From assembly GCA_045568435.1 (NCBI GenBank), contig JBJLBB010000006.1, positions 141,382-205,381 of the forward strand: a stretch of 64,000 nucleotides of DNA, read 5' to 3'. Below are positions 30,257-40,042 of the stretch, in pieces. Under the pieces are notes generated by a model. The model had not been told where the DNA came from. It saw only the letters and a list, made by a program, of their open reading frames with translations, and ran no database searches. The translations under genes were made by a program, and so were the position numbers. The stretch comes from Candidatus Poseidoniaceae archaeon. GTDB taxonomy: Archaea; Thermoplasmatota; Poseidoniia; Poseidoniales; Poseidoniaceae. Within the stretch, counting starts at the first letter, position 1. Each line of letters opens with the position of its first letter.

Positions 30257-31618
30257 CTATCTGCGCCCTTTTCTGCCTTTTTTCCCTCTACCTTTTGAGC
30301 CTCTAGACTGATTTTCCCATGCACGACCGGATTTACTTCTTCTATCTTGTTTGTCTTCCCAGTAAGGATTTCTAGGATTTTCCATTCCTTCGGGCATCTC
30401 GTCAAGCGATTTTACCGAAAGAGCGATGCCGCCTAATTCATCTTGTAATTGGCGTATATTTTCCCCACCTCTGCCGACAAGAGTAGAAATCATATTGTCG
30501 GGAACGTAGATATTTGCACTACTATCGCTTAATATTTGGATTTGGGATTCAACTCCAATCCATTCTCTAATCTTCTGGATGAGTGCTTCTTTGGCCAGAG
30601 ACTTCATTGGCGACATTCTCCTAGAGGCTCCTTCTACTGGAACAACTGCTATTTCAGAGCCGAAAGCGAACATTTCATGAGTGATTTTTCCACTTGGGAA
30701 TTCAACTACTTCAATTACTGGTCTAGCTAATTCCTCTTGCATACCAGTAGGTGCTTTAACCGTCATTCTCAGTTCCAAGACTTGTTGAATTGTACCTGCT
30801 TCAACGTGTAGAATTGTGTCGAGGACCTGGCTAACTAAACCTAACTCAACCTTACCAATCAATCTCTGAATTGCCTCTAATGCAGAATTAGCGTGGGTGA
30901 CTCCCAGTAAACCTACTCCTGCTAATCTTACATCGGCAAATATTTCAAAATCACGAGCCCGTCTTACCTCATCAAATATCACAAAGTCTGGTCTAACAAG
31001 AAAAATAATTTCAGCTGTTTTCTCTAAATCCCCCTCTAGAGGAGCATATTGAGTTATTCGATCTGCTAACTGTAAGTCTCTTGGAGACTCCATTGTTTTG
31101 ACCATCGTTCCTAAATCATTGTCGAGATATTCGGCTATTGCTTGGGCTAAGGTGGTTTTTCCAGAGCCGGGCCTACCACAAATGAAAACGCCTCTATGAT
31201 GATTGGAAAGTCTTTCTATCAATCTAGGGTCTAATTCATAATCGCTAATTTGTAATTTTGCCACTGGGCGGACTATGGTGATCTCTCTTGCATCAGCAAA
31301 TGGCGGCCATGCACAAGCAATACGTAAATCTCCGAGTTGTACAACTTGGCAACCCTTGCGATTTATCTCTAAGAAACAATCACTTCTGTGGTTGTTTGAT
31401 TCTGCTAATTCAACCAACTCTTCTTGTAAAGATTCGAGCCTCAGTGTATCCCAATTACCATCGTCTTTGTCTTCAACCTCAACGAGTTTTAATTCACCAA
31501 TCGTTCCTCTTTTTACTCTTGGTGGGCAATCTGCTTTGAGAAAAACGGTATGAACGTCATCCATCAATAGGCTCTCTACAAGTTCCGGTAGTTCGGGGTG
31601 GTCGCCGTGTTTAGCCAT
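30257..31618 (-). CDS. PINA/VapC-type PilT-like ATPase with C-terminal KH domain, apparently lacking the PIN domain
   Basis: PPF.DAREITIVRP, Walker A GRPGSGKTT, KTMESPRDL, FDEVR, DVRLAGVG..GVTHA and KH motif LVGRGGENI. Confidence 0.88.
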   Translation of the reverse strand: MAKHGDHPELPELVESLLMDDVHTVFLKADCPPRVKRGTIGELKLVEVEDKDDGNWDTLRLESLQEELVELAESNNHRSDCFLEINRKGCQVVQLGDLRIACAWPPFADAREITIVRPVAKLQISDYELDPRLIERLSNHHRGVFICGRPGSGKTTLAQAIAEYLDNDLGTMVKTMESPRDLQLADRITQYAPLEGDLEKTAEIIFLVRPDFVIFDEVRRARDFEIFADVRLAGVGLLGVTHANSALEAIQRLIGKVELGLVSQVLDTILHVEAGTIQQVLELRMTVKAPTGMQEELARPVIEVVEFPSGKITHEMFAFGSEIAVVPVEGASRRMSPMKSLAKEALIQKIREWIGVESQIQILSDSSANIYVPDNMISTLVGRGGENIRQLQDELGGIALSVKSLDEMPEGMENPRNPYWEDKQDRRSKSGRAWENQSRGSKGRGKKGRKGRR

Positions 31619-31687
31619 AACAAACAGACATGGTTACAGCACACGGCCTTTGACACTTCGCCCTCAAAAGAGAATTCGCTTTGGTTT

Positions 31688-32080
31688 TCAAGCCGTAGAG
31701 GGTTGTAGGATATCGATTGTCCACCAGAAGGTTCCAATGGTGACAAGCGATAGAATATAGGTACCAACAAATGGAGAATCCCACAACGATATACAGAATT
31801 GTGAAAATAATATAATTGTCACGACGAATGCAAAAGTGTTGAGGAATCCTTTACTATTTAATCCCAGATATTCGAAGGTTGTATCTTTGGTAGAAATAAT
31901 CCAAATGAAACCGATTAATCCGGATAATGCAATCGCTGTCCATGCGGTTTGGATGGCGTCTCTGGTAGTAAATGCAACGATCAATGTCGCTAACAAAGTC
32001 GCTGAAAGAAGACGATTGGTTGCTCTCATCGATAGCCCCATGTCATATTCGAATGGCTCTCGATTCTTGAATGCTCGCAT
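31688..32080 (-). CDS. Small 4-TM membrane protein
   Basis: Four hydrophobic segments; operonic with the upstream genes. Confidence 0.65.
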   Translation of the reverse strand: MRAFKNREPFEYDMGLSMRATNRLLSATLLATLIVAFTTRDAIQTAWTAIALSGLIGFIWIISTKDTTFEYLGLNSKGFLNTFAFVVTIILFSQFCISLWDSPFVGTYILSLVTIGTFWWTIDILQPSTA

Positions 32081-32083
32081 AAC

Positions 32084-33070
32084 CTAATTGGGTTTTCGAT
32101 TAATCTTGTCGAACTCCGACTGAGATAATTCTGAGAATTGTTCAACCATTCTAATACTTCTCAATATGGCGCCTTGAGATGGAGAGATTGTTTTGCCGTC
32201 TACCAAATTTCCCTTTGACATCGATATGGTGTGAAGCCATTCCAATTCTAAGGGCAGCTCATTGGAATCAGTATTTATCGATTGTAGCCCCTTTTGGGAA
32301 TCATGTAATATTTCGCTGTGGTTTGCCAAATCGACCAATATCGAGCCGTTTTCACCAAAAAACCTGACTGTTCTTTGCTCTTCTTTACCGCCCCATGCAA
32401 CCTTTATTTCTGCTTCTTTTTGGCCGGAAAATTCCAGTAATATATCTGCATAAATCGGTTTACCGAATTTAGAATGTTTGACATGCGAAAGATGGGTTCG
32501 TTGGGGTTCAAGTTCTCCAAAACAAAAGCAAGATGTGTCGATGCCATGGATTGCTAATGCCTGAAATACATCCGACGACTTGGCTGGCTCTCTTGGAGTT
32601 ATACGGGTGAATTCAATGCGTTCTAATGCCCCGATGAGTCCACTAGATATTTTACTTAGAGCCTTTTTAATCGCAACGTGAAACCTGAGTAAATGCCCTA
32701 CTGAAAGAACCCGTCCAAATGTTTGGCTCGCGTTTAAAATCGATGTTGCATCGGTTAAATTGGTGGCGATCGGTTTTTCCACAAGAACATCTATTCCTCT
32801 TGAAAGGAGTTCTACAGAAATCTCCGCGTGTGACTCTGGAGGGGTAACTACTGCGACAATGTCCAGATGTTTTTTATCGACCATATCTCGCCAATTTTGA
32901 AAAAATCCATCGACTTTTCTCGATACCTTTTCGCTGGATTTGATGTCGATATCACTTGCATAAATATGGTCTATGTCAACTCTTTCTTTGATTTGATTTA
33001 GCGTTTTAATATGGGCCATGCCCCATCTTCCACAACCGATAATACCGATATTAACTCCCATAGAAATCAC
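32084..33070 (-). CDS. Gfo/Idh/MocA oxidoreductase (probable nucleotide-sugar dehydrogenase)
   Basis: IGIIGCGRWG, VLVEKP, VGHLLRF and LAIHGID. Confidence 0.9.
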   Translation of the reverse strand: MISMGVNIGIIGCGRWGMAHIKTLNQIKERVDIDHIYASDIDIKSSEKVSRKVDGFFQNWRDMVDKKHLDIVAVVTPPESHAEISVELLSRGIDVLVEKPIATNLTDATSILNASQTFGRVLSVGHLLRFHVAIKKALSKISSGLIGALERIEFTRITPREPAKSSDVFQALAIHGIDTSCFCFGELEPQRTHLSHVKHSKFGKPIYADILLEFSGQKEAEIKVAWGGKEEQRTVRFFGENGSILVDLANHSEILHDSQKGLQSINTDSNELPLELEWLHTISMSKGNLVDGKTISPSQGAILRSIRMVEQFSELSQSEFDKINRKPN

Positions 33071-34003
33071 TTATTCGTAACTACGGGGTTTGAGAGTTTT
33101 GCCATCCTGGTCGGATTTAATTAATTCATAATTATCAATCTCTTGATTTAAGGAATCAAAATCGATTAGATTCTGTTTGTCAAATCCTTGGTCCTCGAAG
33201 ACTTCTTGGGAAAATGAGTAACCTTCAACTCCAACATACTCAGCTCTTGATACCCTTGTTGTAATTCTTGAATAACCATGGTGCCAAAGGGCAAGGGCGG
33301 TGATTGCGTCTTGGCTGGTGGCAACCCTGAACGGCAATTTGGAAAATGGGGGCGTCATACACTCAGATGGAATCATTGGATTCGGCTTTTGGTGCCTCTT
33401 CCTAGATATCCACTTGCGCATGAACAACCACCTAATCCTACGATGCGGCCTATTTGTATATGTGTATTTTAGCAAATATTTGCTCTCAAATTCGTAAATG
33501 ATATGTTTGATGTCGTCCCATACCTTCTTGGTAATGACGTATCCCCAAAAATGTCGATTTGTTGAGATGACATGATTTATTTGAGTTGCCTGGATTTCAG
33601 GGGCATTATGATTGATATTATAGGCCATCACAGTGCCGATATCGCCGTAATTTGAAGCCCAATCTGAGATGTCAAATACTGTCTTGACATAATTTGGGGC
33701 AAGTACCATATCATCTTCTAGAAGCAAGATTCTATCGTATCCTAATTCGTCAAATAAAGTCCTTCTTGCATCGATTAAGTGTCTCCCAATGCCCCAGTTT
33801 TCTTCTCGTAAAACATAGGTTACGTTTTTGAATTTAGAACCTTTTACAAGATTCACAATATCTTCCTGTCTTGATTTAGGTCCTCCGTCCAAATAGACAT
33901 GTAAATCATGTTCGAACGCCTCTGGATTATTTTCTAAACTGGATAGGACTTGTTGAAAATAGTCAGTTCGGTTGAATCCTAATAACAAGATTGCGGACTT
34001 CAT
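33071..34003 (-). CDS. GT-A fold glycosyltransferase
   Basis: LLGFNR.DY, YLDGG, N.GI, LLEDD (DxD) and FWGY. Confidence 0.8.
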   Translation of the reverse strand: MKSAILLLGFNRTDYFQQVLSSLENNPEAFEHDLHVYLDGGPKSRQEDIVNLVKGSKFKNVTYVLREENWGIGRHLIDARRTLFDELGYDRILLLEDDMVLAPNYVKTVFDISDWASNYGDIGTVMAYNINHNAPEIQATQINHVISTNRHFWGYVITKKVWDDIKHIIYEFESKYLLKYTYTNRPHRRIRWLFMRKWISRKRHQKPNPMIPSECMTPPFSKLPFRVATSQDAITALALWHHGYSRITTRVSRAEYVGVEGYSFSQEVFEDQGFDKQNLIDFDSLNQEIDNYELIKSDQDGKTLKPRSYE

Positions 34004-34004
34004 A

Positions 34005-34925
34005 CTATTTCACCTCAAGTGGCCTCTTCAGCCATAAATCGCCGGCTAAAACTTCCCACTCATCGCTTTGGGGCTGACAAGAATTGTGATAATTGGTAAA
34101 TTCACCAAATACCCATTTATCGCCAGTCAAGAAAAAGTCAACTCTACAATAATCAATATCTTCAGCCAACTTTTGTGAGATTTCTATCAATTCATCAAGT
34201 TTGTTCTGGCCTAGTATTGATATTATTTCATCGGGAGTATTATCCTGTGACCATGGCGAATTAGTTTGATGAATTTTATTACCAGATAAATCATATATTG
34301 CTTGAGAATGAGATTTCATACGCCCAATATCATATTGGATAAATCCTGCTTTGCCGTGGAAAACATGAACTTTCCAATCGGGCGGGATTTTGCCATCATC
34401 AAGTAATAATTCTTCCACCATGACCCCTCTAGGAGATATATTGCTAGCGCCCCATTCCAATGGAACTGGGAAATTTTCTTTCAAGCAAGTTTTCAATTTA
34501 CGCTCAATTCTCCAGCGAGGCCAAAAGCCTCCATTTTGATCCCTGCCGTTTCTAATAACTCTATATCGATTAATTGAGCGATTAAACGGGTTAAATTTAC
34601 GCTCAATCCCTGCAATTGACTCCTCCTCATTATCCATTATGAACAAAGCATCTCCAGACCAATGATTTGTTTTTATTACACATCTTGAAGGCAGTTTATC
34701 CCATGGAATTTTATGTGTCTTGTCTGACCAGTGGTATAGTTTTGGAAGATTTCCCGATTTCTTTTCCTCTACTATTTCTCTAGCTCGATATTTGTCTTCC
34801 ATTTTTATCAGTAATGGATTTCTATCATGTAAGCAACGCTTCAATAATAGTTGACTATAGTGGTCTTTCTTATCATCGTTCAAACGATGATGGGGCGTTA
34901 CACCCCCAGGAAGAAGCCCGCTCAT
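34005..34925 (-). CDS. TupA-like ATP-grasp amidoligase (surface glycan modification)
   Basis: EDKYRAREIV, VIKTNHWSG, MVEELL, DWKVHVFHG, RVDFF and FGEFT. Confidence 0.85.
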   Translation of the reverse strand: MSGLLPGGVTPHHRLNDDKKDHYSQLLLKRCLHDRNPLLIKMEDKYRAREIVEEKKSGNLPKLYHWSDKTHKIPWDKLPSRCVIKTNHWSGDALFIMDNEEESIAGIERKFNPFNRSINRYRVIRNGRDQNGGFWPRWRIERKLKTCLKENFPVPLEWGASNISPRGVMVEELLLDDGKIPPDWKVHVFHGKAGFIQYDIGRMKSHSQAIYDLSGNKIHQTNSPWSQDNTPDEIISILGQNKLDELIEISQKLAEDIDYCRVDFFLTGDKWVFGEFTNYHNSCQPQSDEWEVLAGDLWLKRPLEVK

Positions 34926-34972
34926 AGGCTTGCCAATCTGTTCTTAATGAAGAATAAACCGCATTTATGAAT

Positions 34973-37333
34973 TCAACTTTTTTCTGGTTCTGCCCCACCA
35001 TCCGAGGAGGTTGAGGAGCCAGATTCCTCTTCTGAATCTGTTTCTGTTGAAGATTCTGAAACTGCAACATCCTCAACGTAATAGTTGTTATACGGAGATT
35101 GGTAATCTAATTGGACGCTGGCTGATTGTTCCATAGAAGTTAGATTAGTCGCTGTTACTCCTCCTGAAGAAATCGCATAGACATAGTCTCCCATGAATAT
35201 TGAACGACGGATGTTGTAGTCATTCCACCAGTAATTATTATCATCATCATTAAAGAAATTTGAATGGTTTACTTCGCCATGAACTGTCATATTTGTCCCA
35301 TCTAAAGGTATATTCACTAACATCAATTTGGAAACATAGTCATAATTCCAATGATAATTACCTGCTGAATCATACCATGTATTGTAACGATATGTAGACA
35401 ATGGAATTGCTAACATATCTTTAGGTGCCCAATATTGGAATGCCTTGTGCTCATATGATGCTTCAGAATAAGACCAAGTCCATGAGTTGTCATCTCCATT
35501 CGAAACTGGAGAAACCGATAGAATGCTTGAGACATTTGGTGCGGTTGGGTCTGAAATATCAAAGATCGATAATCGTGTTGAAGACCAGTCAAGCCCAAAT
35601 CCATCTTCTCCTGCAGGGCCCATTCCAATGGTTAGAAGTGCGTCTTTAGAAAGTGGGTGGATATATGTCGAGACGCCAGGAATTTCTAATTCTCCCAAAA
35701 TAATAGGTTGTGCTGGATTTGAAAGGTCGATTACCCATAGTGGGTCTATTTGTCTAAATGTAACCAGATAAGCCCTATCGCCATCGAATCTCGCACTCCA
35801 GATTCGCTCTTCGGGAGCGATGCCGTCAACCTTTCCTACTTCTTCAAGCGATTGTTCACCCGTACTAGTATTGACTTGATGTGTTAGAGTTACGACACTA
35901 GAAGACATCGGTTCTGGGTCTTCCATCCACCATCTAGCCCATTGGCCTTCAGTGGTTGCTACTCGGATTATTCCTTGATATTCTGACAGTGAAAATTGAT
36001 TTAGAATTGTGCCATCTACTCTTCCTGAGCCGGTGTAAATTGTTTCAGCAGGGTTAGAAATGTCAAATGTGTGAAGGTTTGTAGATTCCCTACTATCGTC
36101 ATCACCCCAAAACCACCACCAATCCCAAGCATTTTCGCTCAGAATTAATTGGTCTTGTGAGGCATAGACCATCGGATAATTGCCTACGATGTGGTCGGCA
36201 TCAAAATCAAATCTATCTGCACCTAAGTCAAAAGTAAATATGCTGTTAAATCCTCGATTGAGTCCGTCTTCTGGTGCGACAAAGTCATTACAATCACTAT
36301 CGGATAATCCGTGTATAATAACAGCCCCATTTATTCTTTCATAAACTCGTGGGATTATATCTCCAATCGATATTTTATCCAGAGATTGTTGATTTTCTAG
36401 CATTGTTTGATAAGCTACTTTTTCCCTAATTTCTAGTCGCAGAGGGTCTTCATAATCTAAATCCCAATAGCCCTCTGGTAAGTCTAGCCAACTTTTCATT
36501 TGAGGTAAATTTAGCCATGCATGAGAAACTGTCCTAATCGTACCATTAACCTCTCTTGCAGTAATGTAACTACCTTCAAGGAATAGTTCTCTTTCCAGAT
36601 CGGGGTTGCTGCGGTCACTAATGTCAAAAACTGAAAATTTCGTTAGTGAAGAAGTTCTCCATGAAGAATACTCTTCATCCCAATCCATCGCTTCATACAA
36701 TGGATTTGTAGGTGGAATGTTCCAAGAAGAAACAGTAGATATTACCACTAGTCTATCTCCATCAAGCATCATGGCTTGGGGAGTTCCCTCGACAGAAGTA
36801 TTGGAAAGTGGTTCTAGTTCGCCGAACTCAGGAACTCCAAGAATAACTAGTGTATTGCCGTTCAAGAAATAGATGTAATATCCATCTGTCTTGACGAAAT
36901 CTGCTTCATCGACGCCTTGTTCTTGGTTATTGGTTCCAGAGAAATCCGTTCCTTGCTCTCTTCTTGGTTGAATACTGTTTGAGCCGCCTGATGCTGAATC
37001 AGAAGACGATTCGGCGACCACCCCGTCCATCATCATGTCATCTTCAAACCAGCCGCCGTAGAAATACTGCTGTTCAACTGCTTGAAGTAATTGAATCCTA
37101 TATTCTTCTGAAATAGAGGATTTTAGTTGGTCTTCCAGTTCCTCGCAATCGGTAAAAGCAAGAAGGTTAGGGCTTGCTATACTTCTTTTTGTGGTTGTGG
37201 ACCAGTCGTCTGGCAGTTCAATTTGAGGTACTTCAACTTCAGCATCATTGTTAGCGATACAACCAGATAAAGCGAATAAGCTAACAATAAATATTGCAAG
37301 GTATTTCTCTCTAGCCATGATAATACTAACCAT
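34973..37333 (-). CDS. Secreted beta-propeller-domain lipoprotein (Beta_propel family)
   Basis: Lipobox LSGC, STNNQE-like TNNQEQGVDEADFVKTDG, LNQFSLSEY, SARF.GDRAYLVTFRQIDPL and LGELEIPG.STYIHP. Confidence 0.88.
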   Translation of the reverse strand: MVSIIMAREKYLAIFIVSLFALSGCIANNDAEVEVPQIELPDDWSTTTKRSIASPNLLAFTDCEELEDQLKSSISEEYRIQLLQAVEQQYFYGGWFEDDMMMDGVVAESSSDSASGGSNSIQPRREQGTDFSGTNNQEQGVDEADFVKTDGYYIYFLNGNTLVILGVPEFGELEPLSNTSVEGTPQAMMLDGDRLVVISTVSSWNIPPTNPLYEAMDWDEEYSSWRTSSLTKFSVFDISDRSNPDLERELFLEGSYITAREVNGTIRTVSHAWLNLPQMKSWLDLPEGYWDLDYEDPLRLEIREKVAYQTMLENQQSLDKISIGDIIPRVYERINGAVIIHGLSDSDCNDFVAPEDGLNRGFNSIFTFDLGADRFDFDADHIVGNYPMVYASQDQLILSENAWDWWWFWGDDDSRESTNLHTFDISNPAETIYTGSGRVDGTILNQFSLSEYQGIIRVATTEGQWARWWMEDPEPMSSSVVTLTHQVNTSTGEQSLEEVGKVDGIAPEERIWSARFDGDRAYLVTFRQIDPLWVIDLSNPAQPIILGELEIPGVSTYIHPLSKDALLTIGMGPAGEDGFGLDWSSTRLSIFDISDPTAPNVSSILSVSPVSNGDDNSWTWSYSEASYEHKAFQYWAPKDMLAIPLSTYRYNTWYDSAGNYHWNYDYVSKLMLVNIPLDGTNMTVHGEVNHSNFFNDDDNNYWWNDYNIRRSIFMGDYVYAISSGGVTATNLTSMEQSASVQLDYQSPYNNYYVEDVAVSESSTETDSEEESGSSTSSDGGAEPEKS

Positions 37334-37427
37334 TACTTTGTTATCAAAGAATGGGTTACATGGGCGTGACTAATTGTTTGAGTCAAAAAACACTAAGAAT
37401 ACTGGTAAATGATAACCAATTTCTTGA

Positions 37428-38057
37428 ATGATGGCTTTGTGGAGTGGTTTGGTTGCTATGTCAAAAAAAGGTGGAAAACCTTCTCCCGTGCGAAAGTGGG
37501 CTATGCGTCAATACTGGCGTATGCAACAATCTCAAGCTGTTGTAGGCCTGCTTCTTTGGGGCACTACTATCACGCTACTACTCTGGCCATACGTAGAATG
37601 GAGATTTTCAGATAATTGCGACTCAGGTATATGCTTTAACGATACTTTACTAGGTCTACCTGCAACATATTTCGGCCTTGCTTCGATCTTCCTTTCCGTA
37701 ATGCTAGGTGTTCTAACAATTGGCTATCTTTACGATAAAGTATTCTCGCTTTGGACTGAATGGCGCAGTGTAGATATGGAAAGAAATCCATACACAACTT
37801 ATGCATTAACTCCTAACTGGATGATGGTTACTGCATTACAAGCAGAACTACTGAAGCGTTCTTCACCAGATGATAAAAAAATTCAAGAGCAATCTGAATG
37901 GTTCTTAAAGTGGTGCAAGCATTATGCTCAAGGAGAATTATTTGCTAGAGCTGTACAAAAATGGGACGAGGACATGGGGACAACCCCTACGTTTTGGTTC
38001 ACTGATGATGAAGCAATGCAAAAAGCGAGAGATATCGTCTTTGATGATGAGGCCTGA
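37428..38057 (+). CDS. Hypothetical membrane protein (2 TM)
   Basis: Two hydrophobic helices and a GYLYDKVF.LW....V..ERNPY motif. The start is probably MSKKG. Confidence 0.75.
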   Translation: MMALWSGLVAMSKKGGKPSPVRKWAMRQYWRMQQSQAVVGLLLWGTTITLLLWPYVEWRFSDNCDSGICFNDTLLGLPATYFGLASIFLSVMLGVLTIGYLYDKVFSLWTEWRSVDMERNPYTTYALTPNWMMVTALQAELLKRSSPDDKKIQEQSEWFLKWCKHYAQGELFARAVQKWDEDMGTTPTFWFTDDEAMQKARDIVFDDEA

Positions 38058-38181
38058 TGGCGGCGTATTCCATTGAAATATGTATTTATCTAATTTTTTA
38101 TATAATATATTTACACCACTATAATAAATAAACTCCGGTAGGGAATTTCCAAACCTATTATTAGTTAGAGGGCGAGGAACA

Positions 38182-38916
38182 GTGGTGAAGGAAGGTATTC
38201 TAATAGCCGTTGAAGGTTTGGATGGCAGTGGTAAATCCACTCAAGCAAAACTACTGTTGAATTGGATTCGTGCCCTAGGTTTGCCTGTTCACCACACAGA
38301 ATGGAATTCAAGCCCTTTTATCAAAGCTGCAACCAAGGAAGGGAAAAATAGCAAGAGATTGAAACCAATGACTTTCCATCTAATACATGCTGCTGATTTT
38401 GCCGATAGATGGGCCCAACAGATTGAGCCGATGTTAGAAATTGGTGGTATTGTCATATGTGATAGATACAAGTTTACTGCAATGGCTAGAGATGGAGCGA
38501 GGGGTGTTTCGAACGATATAATCGAACAAAACTATTCGTTTGCTCCAGAACCTGACCTTACGATATATTTTGACATTCCACCAAAAATTGGCTATCAGAG
38601 AATAGTATCTGGAAGGCCATCGCTTAAATGGTATGAAGCGGGTTTGGATATGGGGTGGACTCATGACCCATTTGAATCATATAAAATTCTTCAAGGCAAG
38701 ATAAAATCGATTTATGACGGATTGGTGTCCGAGGGAAGAATTGAAAGAATTGATGCCAATGGTAGCGTGGCTGAAATTCAAGCCCGGGTTAGAAAATTAA
38801 TTGGCGATAAACTCGATTTCGCTAATATCGATACAATAGATGAAACTGACCGGATGGCGGAAAACATTCGGTCTTCTTCATTTGATTGGATGCAATTTCA
38901 TGAGGACGGTGAGTAA
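38182..38916 (+). CDS. Thymidylate-kinase-fold protein 1 (intact P-loop)
   Basis: IAVEGLDGSGKSTQ, AADFADR, ICDRY, PEPDLTIYFD and YEAGLD. Confidence 0.88.
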   Translation: MVKEGILIAVEGLDGSGKSTQAKLLLNWIRALGLPVHHTEWNSSPFIKAATKEGKNSKRLKPMTFHLIHAADFADRWAQQIEPMLEIGGIVICDRYKFTAMARDGARGVSNDIIEQNYSFAPEPDLTIYFDIPPKIGYQRIVSGRPSLKWYEAGLDMGWTHDPFESYKILQGKIKSIYDGLVSEGRIERIDANGSVAEIQARVRKLIGDKLDFANIDTIDETDRMAENIRSSSFDWMQFHEDGE

Positions 38917-39585
38917 ATGGGCAACAGTGGTAAATTGATTGTAATTGAGGGCCCGGACCATGTGGGCCGGTCACTACATGCTCGCCTTTTAGCAGAGCGA
39001 TTAGAAGCCCATGGAGTAGCAGTCTCAACTATTGGCTTAGCACGTTCGCAACTTTTAGGCGAACTTATCAAATCTCATTCAAATGAATTACATCAATTGA
39101 ATTGGCGCACCAGATCTTTGCTCTATGCAACAGACCTCAATGACCAAATAATTCATGAATTAGAAACACTATTAGAAGCTGGCTTCGTAGTGATTGCAGA
39201 TAGATATACACTTACACCGATAATTAGAGAAAAGATAAGAGGTGGCAATACTCGTTGGATAGAGGGACTATACAACCAGGCTCCAAAACCTGATTTGACA
39301 ATTGTACTTCATGCAGGTGGAAGGCGTCTACTAAATCGAATAATTCACAGTAATGATTTAGCTTCTTTGAATGGTTTTGAGGCAGGCATGGATTTGAATA
39401 TCTCGCCATCGGTTACGAAATCCTTCCTAGAATATCAAAAACTGCTGAAAGCCGCCTTTGCTGAATACGCCGAAGGGAAGGATATGCCTATCATCCCAAC
39501 AAAACAATCTGTTAAAGACGTTCACAAAGAAATTTGGAGTCATGTCAAACCAATCGTGAAAGATGTTCTTCAAGTTTTTAAATAG
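38917..39585 (+). CDS. Thymidylate-kinase-fold protein 2 (degenerate P-loop)
   Basis: IVIEGPDHVGRSLH (P-loop Lys replaced by Arg), LLYATD, IADRY, PKPDL and FEAGMD. It starts immediately after the stop of protein 1. Confidence 0.85.
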   Translation: MGNSGKLIVIEGPDHVGRSLHARLLAERLEAHGVAVSTIGLARSQLLGELIKSHSNELHQLNWRTRSLLYATDLNDQIIHELETLLEAGFVVIADRYTLTPIIREKIRGGNTRWIEGLYNQAPKPDLTIVLHAGGRRLLNRIIHSNDLASLNGFEAGMDLNISPSVTKSFLEYQKLLKAAFAEYAEGKDMPIIPTKQSVKDVHKEIWSHVKPIVKDVLQVFK

Positions 39586-40042
39586 TAACAGAATTTACCA
39601 AATCCTCTAAAGGGATTCTTATTCTGGGTATTGGAAAATCCACAATATGTTTCGTTGTTTTTGGAGGATAAAGGCGGCGGCTTTGGGCCCAATTTAGCAC
39701 ATCTTGTTTTGAAACATTAGAAAAATCGCTCCAGGGCCATAACTCTAGTTTGATGCTATCATTGTTTAGATACTCAACTTCGATAACTGGAATAAGGTTA
39801 AGCTTTAACTCGATGCTTGCTCGATATTTATGATGCCCATCAAGTATTGTTTTAGTTGTCTTATCAATCAAAATAGGTTTATGAAAAAAACCTTGTTTTT
39901 CCAACTTTTCTCGCATTTCTTGCAAGCGATCTGGGATGGTTTCCTCGTGAGGCAGTAAGTTGTCGATGTTAATTAATGACCACCCCATATTTAACTTTGA
40001 GAAAAGTTCGCTATTATTTATTGGGGTTGGATTGCTCATCAT
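39578..40042 (-). CDS. ParB/Srx-fold protein (SerK/SbnI-like N-terminal domain)
   Basis: LLPHEE, PILID, ILDGHHK and YPPKTTKH. The ATG at 40042 overlaps the upstream TGA (ATGA); the ORF-track start is 40060. Confidence 0.78.
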   Translation of the reverse strand: MMSNPTPINNSELFSKLNMGWSLINIDNLLPHEETIPDRLQEMREKLEKQGFFHKPILIDKTTKTILDGHHKYRASIELKLNLIPVIEVEYLNNDSIKLELWPWSDFSNVSKQDVLNWAQSRRLYPPKTTKHIVDFPIPRIRIPLEDLVNSVTI

